From: Chiloscyllium plagiosum
Lineage: Eukaryota
Reading direction: 5' to 3'
DNA length: 58,821 nt
Assembly: GCF_004010195.1 (NCBI RefSeq)
Contig: NC_057748.1
Location: 18,338,154 to 18,396,974, forward strand
Shown here: positions 49,030-58,439 of the stretch, piece after piece
Position numbering within the stretch: position 1 is the first letter of the stretch
How the letters are laid out: each line of letters starts with the position of its first letter
The notes under the pieces: generated by a model
Database searches by the model: none
Seen by the model: the letters and a program-made list of their open reading frames with translations, nothing else
Told to the model about the DNA's origin: nothing
Translations under genes and position numbers: made by a program

Positions 49030-49915
49030 TAAGTCCATCATCTACAAAATATATGTCAGGAGTGTAATGGAATAGCATCCACTTGCCTGGATGAGGGCAG
49101 CTCCAACAACATTCAAGAAACTTGACATGATTCAAGACAAAAAAAATGAGTTGACTGGCGTCCCAGTCATCACCTTAAACATTCACTCCCTCCACCATTG
49201 ACAGTCATAGAATCATAGAATCCTTACAGAGTGGAAACAGGCCCTGCAGCCCAACAAGCCCACACTGACCCTCCGAAAAGTAACCCACCCAGACCCATTC
49301 CCCGACTCTATATTTACCCCTGACTAATGAACCTAACCTACATGTCCCTGAACACTATGGACAATTCAGCATGGCCAATTCACCTGACCTGCACACCTTT
49401 GGATGGTGGGAGGAAACTGGAGCACCCGGAGCAAACCCACGCAGACACGGGGAGAATGTGCAAACTTCACACAGACAGTCGCCCGAGGTTGGAATCAAAC
49501 CTGGGTCCCTGGAGCTGTGAGGCAGCAGTGCTGACCACTGAGGCACTGTGCTGCCCCAAGTCACTGTAGTGTACATTAGCTGCACGATTCACTGCAGAAA
49601 CTCATGAAGACTATTTCAACAGCACCTTCAAATCAGCAACTTCTACAACTGCGAAGGACAAGAGCAATTGATACAGAGGAGCATCACCACCTGCAAGTTC
49701 CCCTCCAAGCCATTCACTATCCTGACTGGAAAATATATCATTTTTCTTTCAAAGTCTCTGTGTCAAAGTCCTGGACCTCCCTCCCTAACACCACTGCGAG
49801 TGTCCCTACACGCCAAGGACTACAGCGGTTCAAGGAGGGGGCTCAAAGGCAATTAGGGATGGGGAATAAATGCTTAATTACCACCAGCCACATCATACGA
49901 ATGAATAACCAGAAC
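49030..49915 (+). mobile_element. 3' end of a second non-LTR family (CR1/Jockey group, 'LINE X') interrupted by a full HE1 SINE (49205-49558, -)
   Basis: IYK..VRSVME..PLAWM.AAPTT.KKLD and …EHHHLQVPLQ…SKSWTSLPN…GLQRFK motifs. The tail matches the SINE X tail. Confidence 0.8.
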
Positions 49916-50318
49916 GAATGCTAAGATCAAGAAATGTATCATTAAAATTAAAATCTGGTGTGAAGCTATATCAAAAAATAGTTCCTCGTCATTAGGACCA
50001 TTGATGGAACCACATCAACAGAACTGGCTTCCAGCAAATGAAGATCATTCTTTTTTGTTTGATCATCCCCATGTTTACTATTGGTAAAAATACTGGTTTG
50101 TTCACGGCACCTCACCTAGAACACATCCAAAGCAGAAGCAGTGCAGACCTGATGTAGAGCTCCCTCTTCTCTGCTCTGCACAGGATCATAACCTCCAGCA
50201 TTTTAATTATGACATTTGGTCTCACATTTCTATTCCCCCACGAAAACAATCCCCCTCTGGCTGAGGTTGTCTTTCCAGTCCTATATGTGGTTGCCCACTT
50301 ACACAAAATGCCACTGAC

Positions 50319-50726
50319 CTTTAAACCTCTGCATGTAAGGTCTAAACTCCTCCGTTGTGTAGGCCTCATCCACACCTGTGAGGGAAACTGCACCATCCAC
50401 CCCAGAGCGTGGGCCATCCCAGAGTTCTCGGTTCTGATTCCTTCTTTGCACAAATAAGACAGCCTTGTGAGAAGGGAGGCTCTTTCCAGGAATACTGTGG
50501 AGCAACAGTATGCTGTCTGGCTCCTGAAAGCCACAGAGGTAGAGGAAATTTGTGTTCTGGTGGAAAGGAAATGGGATGTCATTCGTCATGTAGTAAGTGG
50601 GGTGAGACAGCAGAATGATGGCATGGTCAGAAGTCCCCAAGCTCTCGGCCTTTTCGTGGATCAGGCTCAGCAGTTTATGTCGACGTAGGGCATATTCCAC
50701 CTGTGACAAGCCGGGGGTGACCTCAC
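50319..50726 (-). CDS. XPNPEP3: XPNPEP3 exon 3
   Basis: acag|GT GAG GTC ACC...TTT AAA G|gtcagt; 408 nt; (G)[18 protein letters not shown]...[18 protein letters not shown]...ELWDGPRSG...; aminopeptidase P N-terminal domain. Confidence 0.97.
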
Positions 50727-51044
50727 CTGTTAATGATACAGAAATACAGTCACAGTCTCTGAAATATCACAGCTTCTTGAAGCGCTTTTCATAGAAATAA
50801 AACATATTTGAACTTCATAGAAGTGAGGGAGGGAGAACAAGGTGACCATTCTTCCATCTCAGATCAACTATCAGCTGGATTTTCAGCATAATTTTAATTC
50901 TGAGAACTGACATTTCCTTTTCTATGAGCAATTCTCCTGATTAATCCAAATCCCACACATATCTGTTGAGATGAATAGCACAGATGAACTTACAACAATG
51001 TATCTTTATATAGTACCTTTAATGTAATCAAACATCCAAAGAGA

Positions 51045-51330
51045 AGCCTCGGGTGACTATTTGTTTGGAGTTTGCACATTCTCCCCGTGTCTGCGTGAGT
51101 TTCCTCTGGGTGCTCCAGTTTCCTCCCACAATCCAAAGATGTACGGGCTAGGTGAATTGGCTATGCTAAATTGCACATAGTGTCCAAGGACGTGTAGATT
51201 AGGTGCATTAGTCAGGGGTAAATATAGGGCAGGGTGAATAGGTCTGGGTGGGTTTCTCTTTGGAGGGTCGGTGTGGACCTGTTAGGCCAAAGGGTCTGTT
51301 TCCACACTGTAGGGATTCTATGATTCTATA
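51045..51330 (+). mobile_element. HE1-type SINE (5'-truncated)
   Basis: ggagtttgcacattctccccgtgtctgcgtg…gggtctgtttccacactgtagggattctatgattcta. Confidence 0.88.
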
Positions 51331-51799
51331 ATTGTCGCACAAAAGCATTATAAAACAAAATATGACTCTCAGCCAGTTGGTGCTATGATTGGTCAAAGAA
51401 GTAGTTTTTAAAAATGTGATTTAAAGGAGGAAAGTGAGACGAGGTGCAAATAGGAGTAGTGAGGGAATTCCAGAGCTTGGCAACTGAAGGAGCAGTCACT
51501 GATGATGAAGCAAGTATGTTTGGAAATGCATACAGGGCCAGAAATAGAGGAGCAGAGTTATATCCAAGGTTAAGTTTGACATAATTTTGATTGACAAGGG
51601 AGTTAAGGGTGACAGGGAGAAATATTGGAGTCAAAGCCAGATCATTTTAGCCTACTCCTTCTCCTAAGTTGCACATTTTACAATCAATCATAATTTTCAA
51701 AAGGGAACATTTTAAGAAAAAAAAATTAACAGGGCTTACGAGGAAAGGGCAGAGGATTGGGAATAACTAGATTGCTCTTTTAAAGAATGAGCAAAGACA

Positions 51800-52200
51800 C
51801 AGAGTCCAACTCATCTATGCTGACCAGATATCCTAACCTAATCTAGTCCTATTTGCCAGCACATGGCCCATATCCCTCTAAACCCTTTTTATTCATATAC
51901 TCATCTAGATGCCTTTTAAATGCTACAATTGTCCCAGCCTCCACTACTTCCCCTGGAAGGTCATTCAATACACACATAACTCTCTGCATGAAAAAGTTGC
52001 CCCTTAGGTCCCTTTTATATCTTTCCACTGTCACCCTAAAACTATGCCCCCTAGTTCTGGACTCCCTCACCCCAGGGAAAAGACTTTCTCTAGTTATCCT
52101 ATCCATGCCCCTCATGATTTTATAAACCTCTACAAGGTCACCCCTCAGCTTCTGATGATCCAGAGAACACTGCACCAGCCTATTCAGCCTCTCCCTAGTA
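51800..52200 (-). mobile_element. CR1/HER1 3' fragment (a second short one lies at ~52603-52780 in intron 1)
   Basis: LRGDLVEVYKIMRGMDR…RTRGHS…RGNFFMQRV on the minus strand. Confidence 0.9.
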
Positions 52201-52450
52201 GCCTTCTCCTGCGATGTACCTTTGATACTATTAAATCAGATTGTCCTTAATTTCCACCAATAAAGCCAGTGTTAATGCAGGCCTTTCCAAACCTCCAGGC
52301 CTATAACATCTGAAATCAGCAAGGAACAAACATGAACAAGCAAGAAGCTGAATTGCTTGGACTTTGTGGATTCATTTGCCTAGATTTGGAGGCTGATGTC
52401 CAACAAACACTTCTTCATCAATCACTCATTTTTTTTCAATGACTTCATAC

Positions 52451-52567
52451 CTGTTTTAAGGAGATGGGGGTGTGTGAAAGGGCTAGGCTGACCGAGATAG
52501 CGAGGGGGAAGGTTCTTCTGTCCTGATGATATAATGGAAAATCTCTTGTGGAAGCAAATACTGCATC
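52451..52567 (-). CDS. XPNPEP3: XPNPEP3 exon 2
   Basis: ttcag|GA TGC...AAA ACA G|gtatga; 117 nt; (G)CSICFHKRFSIISSGQKNLPPRYLGQPSPFTHPHLLKT, with the conserved RYLGQPSPFTHPHLL. Confidence 0.95.
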
Positions 52568-53230
52568 CTGAAGAATAGAAAGTGCATTTAACATTAAAAA
52601 CCAGAGAGTCACAGAGTTGTACAGCACAGAAATAGACCCTTTGGTCAACTCGTCCATGCCAACCAGATATCTTAAACTAATCTGGTCCCATTTTGGCCCA
52701 TATCCCTCTAAACCCTTTGTATTCATATACTCATCCAGATGCCTTTTAAATCTTGTAATTGTACCATCCTCCACCACATCTTTTGAACATCTTCACACTA
52801 CATTCACACACCTATTAATGGAACCCAAGGCCAAACTAACTCCTGTTCTGACCAATGGTCATAGACCAGAAACATATAATGTTTTCCTTCTCTCTACAGA
52901 CGCTGGGTACAATTTCCAGCACTTTCTGTTCTTATTTGAAACAATTGCAAGTGCTTCATGAAGGGGGCTTACGAAAGAATAAGATTTTTTAAAAAAGAAT
53001 TTATAGTTTAAAAAGTTCGTTTGCATTTGGCTATCGGCTTCTCGGACTCATTTGCAGATCCAATGTAGGCTTTCACCATACCCACAAGTCCCTCCACTCC
53101 TTCCATCAACTCAATTCAAAATTATTTTTTTTAATTCAGTAGCTTAACGTGACTTAAGCTTCCTAGATAATGTTGGACGTTTATCCAGATGTTAATCAAC
53201 GTGTTCCTCCTCACAACTTGAGTGTCTAAC

Positions 53231-53288
53231 CTTGAATCTTGAGATTCTTTAAAGCGGTACTGATGTTTCTTAATGTTTTGAGAAACAT
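53231..53288 (-). CDS. XPNPEP3: XPNPEP3 coding exon 1 (mitochondrial presequence)
   Basis: ATG TTT CTC AAA ACA TTA AGA...ATT CAA G|gttaga; 58 nt; phase 1 joins exon 2 in frame. MFLKTLRNISTALKNLKIQ is basic, free of acidic residues and presequence-like. An in-frame TAG lies just upstream. Gives a total CDS of 1518 nt (505 aa). Not recognisable by homology, so less certain than the other exons. Confidence 0.8.
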
Positions 53289-53834
53289 GATTGACTATAT
53301 GTCAGTTAGCACCATTTATAAACACTGCACATAAAAATGTATGAACAACATCCATCCTGTCATCTATCTCCAATGTGGCCTCAGAAAGCCACTTCAGGTC
53401 AAAGACATCGCTCTAGCCCTTCACAGCCTTGTCGCGTTGTGATGACGAAATGGCGAGCTTCCCGCCTTCCATTGGTCGAAAATTACGCAATCTCGTAAGC
53501 CTATTGGTTAGTGAGGAGATCACGTGGATCACGTAGCTAACAGCCGCAGCCGAGATTATGGGTGGTCTCGACATTGCCTAGTTTTTCAAACTCTTCGCTC
53601 AGGAAAAATGGCTGGAAGGGTTTTAAAGTACAATAATAAAAATCAAACAGTAAGGAATTGATATCAGAGGTTGATCTGGGTAGTTTCAAGATCAACCCAG
53701 GATTTGTAAACAGGCCGTGGGCCGGGTAACAATTTCCAGAAGGTTCCTGCAGGCACGTTCGGAAGCGGCCATGCGCATGCGTGCGAAGGGGGCGGGAGCA
53801 GAGGAGAGCTGCAGCGCGCAGTAACTCAGCCAGC
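53289..53834. promoter_or_regulatory. Bidirectional XPNPEP3/ST13 promoter and 5' leaders
   Basis: 546 bp between divergent ATGs, CpG-rich. Two ATTGG (CCAAT) boxes at 53471 and 53503 (32-bp spacing), C/EBP-like TTACGCAAT, tandem GATCACGT (one full CACGTG E-box), E2F-like TTCCCGC, YY1-like AAATGGCG, NRF1-like TGCGCATGCG (~53772) and a GC box. Confidence 0.85.
53733..53747. promoter_or_regulatory. Heat shock element (HSF1 site)
   Basis: tTTCcaGAAggTTCc is a perfect three-unit nTTCnnGAAnnTTCn, ~90 bp upstream of the ATG of the Hsp70 co-chaperone ST13. Confidence 0.75.
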
Positions 53835-53944
53835 ATGGACCCGCAGAAACTTCGGGATCTTAGCGCCTTTGTGCAGCTTTGCAAAGGGAATCCGGCCGTG
53901 TTGCATATGCCTGAGTTGCGTTTCTTTCGGGAATGGCTGGAAAG
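53835..53944 (+). CDS. ST13: ST13 (Hsc70-interacting protein, Hip) coding exon 1
   Basis: ATG GAC CCG CAG... = MDPQKLRDLSAFVQLCKGNPAVLHMPELRFFREWLE, then AG|gtaaag (phase 2; 110 nt). Matches the Hip N-terminal dimerisation domain (human [37 protein letters not shown]). Exon 2 was not found in the window. Confidence 0.96.
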
Positions 53945-53964
53945 GTAAAGATTTCATGAGTGGC

Positions 53965-54152
53965 ACGGGAGGGGGCGTGAGTAGTGTTTTGGAAGAGGGG
54001 AGGGGGTGTAGATAGTGTGTGGTGGGGGAGGGGATGTGGGCAATGTACTGGGGGAGCAAACGGGGTGTGGGTAGTATGTGGTGGGGAGGGGATGGGGCAG
54101 GGGTTGAGGGCAGGGATTGAGGGCATGAAGTGTGGGAGAAGGTGGGGATGGT
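53965..54152 (+). other. G-run-rich tract at the 5' end of ST13 intron 1 (G-quadruplex potential)
   Basis: More than 15 runs of GGG+ on the non-template strand directly after the exon-1 donor. Confidence 0.7.
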
Positions 54153-56139
54153 TAGGTGTAGAATTGTATTCAGAACGTAGTTGTAAAGCTGAGAGACAAT
54201 CTGAAAAGATCTTTCAGCTTCCTGTAGAATTGATTTTATACCAGGATTGTGTTTTCAAATCAGAGTTCAACAATTTCTTTGTATATTTGAGCTCCACCAA
54301 TAAATCTTAAAACTTCACAGTTCAGGGTATTTGCTTCACGTGCAGCGCCATCCCCCATGTAACTGGAACCTCCAAGCATTTTAGGAATTTGTGACACAGC
54401 AGGTGTGCAGCAGCTAACACCAACCAACTTTGGTTGTATGGTGGATTGGATAATCATTCACCTACTTTTGTGTAGTGGAGTCTGGATTTCGACAAACAAG
54501 CTAGACAGGTTCCATTCATTTTAGACATGTGACACTGTGCCTTGTAATACACACACAGTCTGCTGAAACCATATTACTGTATGTGTATCAGACAAGTGTG
54601 CTTCAACAGGTGGTAGTCTTTTTTATTTTGAAAAAAAAAAGACTGAAAAGTAACTTTCAAGGTGATGAAAGTATTGAATGTTCAGAAGATGTTTACACTT
54701 GTGCTCAGGGCCAGAATTGCCCACAAAATGTTGAAGTCACTAATAAATCCAATATGGGATTCAGAAGAAATCTTTCAATGTGAGTTGCAAGAATGTGGGA
54801 TATGTGACTAAGTGGAGTAGTTTAGATGAAGAGCATACATCAGGAAAGCTAGATAACATGTGAAAGATAAAGAAATAGAAAGATATGTTGATTGGATTTG
54901 ATGTGCACTGTGTTCAGAATAAGTACTGTAGCAGCAATGATCTATTGGGGTGAATGGCTGTTCTGTGTTGAGAATATTGAAAGCTTTTGGCTGAAGGAAA
55001 AAATGGAAATCTGTCCAATTATGGTAGTAAATCTGTAAAATTTGCTACTTTCGGTGATTGAAACTAGTTGAGAAGAGATCACATTAACCTGACCTAAGAT
55101 CTCTTCCATATTAGTAACATGTCTAGCTTGCTTGGAAATATTAATGACCTCGGGTCATTCACAGGTCAGCGCAACATAGAGGGCCGAAGGGCCTGCTCTG
55201 CGCTGTATTGTTCTATGTTCAGCTCACTAAGCTTGAATCAAATCACCAAGTTTATACTGCTTTGAAGCATACTGCCTTGGGCTTAGAGTTATGTGCATAG
55301 CTAACAGGTTTTAATCCAATGTAGGACTCATCTTCTGTACCTTTTTCAAAGCTTCTATCCATGTGAGAGCATTGAGGCTGAGGAGTGTATTTGTTGAAGC
55401 CTAATGTAGGTTTATATATATGTAGCACAAAATGGTGTCCTTTGTTTTGTAATTAATTGCCCTGTGTGCTCAGCTTATTTGCTTTAGATTCATAGTATTA
55501 ATTGTGGGCCTTTAGAGGCAATGCATTGTAGTATGTCTTTCTTTCACTAGAGGTTCAGCTCTGTTACTTCTCGGGTATATGTTTATTTATCATTATGCTA
55601 ACCCGTGTGTTACTGAATTGACCATTTTATACCAAATATGAGTCTGTTCCCCAGCACATTGAGATCATGTGTTGCTTAAAAAAAAACATTTTGTCAAAGT
55701 CTAATTTTCACTCATCATGGCAATTTACAAGAATATCATTTGGAAAAAGAAGTCCTGAGATTTTAACTCAGTGACTGAAAGAATTGTGACTTTGTGCCAA
55801 ACTCTATTGATATATGACTGGAAAAGGAACTTGCAGTTGCTGGTCTCAATCACCATTTGTTATTGCAATTCTAGACATTAGCAGTCATAGTTTTGCACGA
55901 TGCCGTTGAAGTGAGTTCTAGTAGTGCATCTTTGTGGCGACACTGATAGTGGAGGAAGTGCATGTTGAAGTGATGAGCAGGTTGCCTCTCATTCAATTTA
56001 CTTTGTTCTGATGGTGTTGACCTCCTTGATGACCCACGTTCATCCAGACAATGAGGATTGTTTTCGCCACACCCTTGCTTACGATGTTGTAGATTGTGGT
56101 CAGGCTTTGAGGATTCAGTTGGTGAATTACTGCATGATG

Positions 56140-56348
56140 GAGGAGAAAGTGAGCTCTGCAGATGCTGGAGATCAGAGCTGAAAATGTGTTGCTGGAAAAG
56201 TGCAGCAGGTCAGACAGCATCCAGGGAACAGGAGAATCGACGTTTCGGGCATGTTCCTGAAGAAGGGCTTATGCCCGAAACGTCGATTCTCCTGTTCCCT
56301 GAATGCTGCCTGACCTGCGCTTTTCCAGCAACACATTTTCAGCTCAGC
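56140..56348. mobile_element. Fold-back Penelope-terminus element with 16-bp TSD in ST13 intron 1
   Basis: Near-perfect inverted arms around an 18-nt spacer (56253-56270). Flanked by GAATTACTGCATGATG (56124-56139 / 56349-56364). Confidence 0.9.
56257..56284 (+). ncRNA. Minimal hammerhead ribozyme motif (PLE family B terminus)
   Basis: CTGAAGA-A-GGGC(TTAT)GCCC-GAAA-CG-TC: CUGANGA and GAAA cores, 4-bp stem II, minimal palindromic stem III and GUC cleavage triplet. An identical core is on the - strand at 8217-8244. Confidence 0.7.
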
Positions 56349-56792
56349 GAATTACTGCATGATGCCTAGCCTTTGACCTGATCCTGCAGCCGCACTGGCT
56401 GACTTGCTTATCCTGTTACAACCAGGATGCTCTCTTTTGTTAATTATTTAACTGATCTAATAACATTTATATTTCCTAGAAATATCTGCATTTAAGTATT
56501 GAAATATATCTGTTTAGGGATTATTTATTCTTTTGAGAGTATTGATAGGCTGTTTGAATTTGCATGTATATAATATCAGCATTGAGTGGAAATAAAACAT
56601 TTACTTTGAAAGAGGAGCTACTTTAGTTGTAAGGGGCCTGTTCGCTGTATACTTGGAATCTGAAACTTTTGTCTAAGAAGTAGTGTCAGAGGAATGACAT
56701 TCTATTAAGTTGCACCAACAGTTTGTCTTCAGTGGAGTTAAAATATCATTCTGTTTTTTAATAAATCTAAATGGATTAGCAAATGAATTCAG

Positions 56793-57632
56793 AAGAAAGT
56801 GAGGACTGCAGATGCTGGAGATCAGAGCTTAAAAATGTGTTGCTGGAAAAGCGCAGCAGGTCAGGCAGCATCAAAGGAACAGGAGAATCGATGTTTCGGG
56901 CATAAGCCCTTCAGGAATGAGGAGGGTGTGCCAAGCAGGCTAAGATAAAAGGTATGGAGGAGGGACTTGGGGGAGGGGTGCTGGGAATACGATAGGTGGA
57001 AGGAGGTTAAGGTGAGGGTGATAGGTTAGAGAGGGGGCGGAGAGATCGGGAAGAAGATTGCAGGTCAAGAAGGCAGTGCTGAGTCTGAGGGTTGGGACTG
57101 AGAAAAGGTGGGGGGAGGGNNNNNNNNNNNNNNNNNNNNNNNNNNNNNNNNNNNNNNNNNNNNNNNNNNNNNNNNNNNNNNNNNNNNNNNNNNNNNNNNN
57201 NNNNNNNNNNNNNNNNNNNNNNNNNNNNNNNNNNNNNNNNNNNNNNNNNNNNNNNNNNNNNNNNNNNNNNNNNNNNNNNNNNNNNNNNNNNNNNNNNNNN
57301 NNNNNNNNNNNNNNNNNNNNNNNNNNNNNNNNNNNNNNNNNNNNNNNNNNNNNNNNNNNNNNNNNNNNNNNNNNNNNNNNNNNNNNNNNNNNNNNNNNNN
57401 NNNNNNNNNNNNNNNNNNNNNNNNNNNNNNNNNNNNNNNNNNNNNNNNNNNNNNNNNNNNNNNNNNNNNNNNNNNNNNNNNNNNNNNNNNNNNNNNNNNN
57501 NNNNNNNNNNNNNNNNNNNNNNNNNCTGCTTGGTACACCCTCCTCATTCCTAAAGAAGGGCTTATGCCCGAAATGTTGATTCTCCTGTTCCTTTGCTGCC
57601 TGATCTGCTGTGCTTTTCCAGCAACACATTTT
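56793..57632. mobile_element. Truncated Penelope-like element (family B) with inverted termini and 17-bp TSD; contains the gap 57120-57525
   Basis: Termini in opposite orientations. Flanked by TTAGCAAATGAATTCAG (56776-56792 / 57633-57649). Confidence 0.88.
57120..57525. other. Assembly gap
   Basis: Run of N. Confidence 1.
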
Positions 57633-57994
57633 TTAGCAAATGAATTCAGTACATTAAAGTTCCTACTGTTCATTGAAAGAGTGACTTTTTAAATCATCTC
57701 ATTAGTAGAAGGTTGATAATGTGGAGCCATTTGAACATGAATTTTGTAATGAGTTTGAAAAAAATGTGTTTGCTCTGACAGCTAGCTCTGTTATAATTTT
57801 AGCATGGTACATTAATAGCAGGTTGTATACCTATTATCCTAAATTGTGTTGGTCCAATTGGTGTGCTTCCTACGCTGAGCAGCATACATTGAATCCTTGA
57901 CTGCTGATTTGTTAGTGCAATGTGAATTGACTTATTTTATTGAGCTGATTTCCATAGACCGTAGTCATCTTGTGCTTTCCAAATGGGTAGTTTA

Positions 57995-58245
57995 TTATGT
58001 GGAGTTTGCACATTCTCACCATATCTGCGTGGGTTTCCTCCGGGTGCTCCGGTTTTCTCCCACAATCCAAAAATGTGCAGGTCAAGTGAATTGGCCATGC
58101 TAAATTGCCCAAAGTGTTAGGTGCATTAGTCAGGGGGTAAATGTAGGGTAAGGGAATGGGTCTGGTGGGTTACTCTTCGGAGGGTCGGTGTGGACTTGTT
58201 GGGCTGATGGGCCTTTTTCCATATTGTAGGTAATCTAATCTAATC
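57995..58245 (+). mobile_element. HE1-type SINE (5'-truncated)
   Basis: gtggagtttgcacattctc…gtcggtgtggacttgttgggc…taatctaatcta tail. Confidence 0.85.
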
Positions 58246-58439
58246 TTTATGAATTTTGGATATTGTGAGGTCAAAACAACCAAGGTTGGTGTAGTCCTTC
58301 TCTTCTGATGTCTGCATATGTGCAATTGTTTTGTTAAATCATTGGATAGCACTTAGGAATGGAATCCTGAGATGTTTCTCTACCTTAGCGTACCGTGTTG
58401 TGGTCAATTTGCTCTTAATTAAAATAAACTCATTCATTA

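Noticed and set aside
49480-49558. tRNA genes (also ~48343, ~12110, ~29440)
   Set aside because: These are tRNA-derived SINE heads continuous with SINE bodies; no complete cloverleaf.
53082-53106. Alternative exon-1 candidate MEGVEGLV(G)|gtatgg, in frame with exon 2
   Set aside because: Acidic and not presequence-like, with a weaker donor. Cannot be excluded as a minor isoform but is unsupported.
53503-53527. ER-stress element (CCAAT plus CCACG)
   Set aside because: Order and spacing do not fit ERSE (CCAAT-N9-CCACG) or ERSE-II.
53537-53836. Antisense ORF MLAELLRAAALLCSRPLRTHAHGRFR… starting at the same CATG as ST13, resembling a mitochondrial presequence (alternative XPNPEP3 exon 1?)
   Set aside because: The only phase-1 GT sites would create TGA with exon 2. 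A better exon 1 (53231-53288) exists, and Arg/Ala/Leu richness is expected from GC-rich DNA.
54700-54800. Possible ST13 exon 2 (…atgggattcagaagaaa…)
   Set aside because: No acceptor or matching peptide; the sequence fits a degenerate CR1 3' end.
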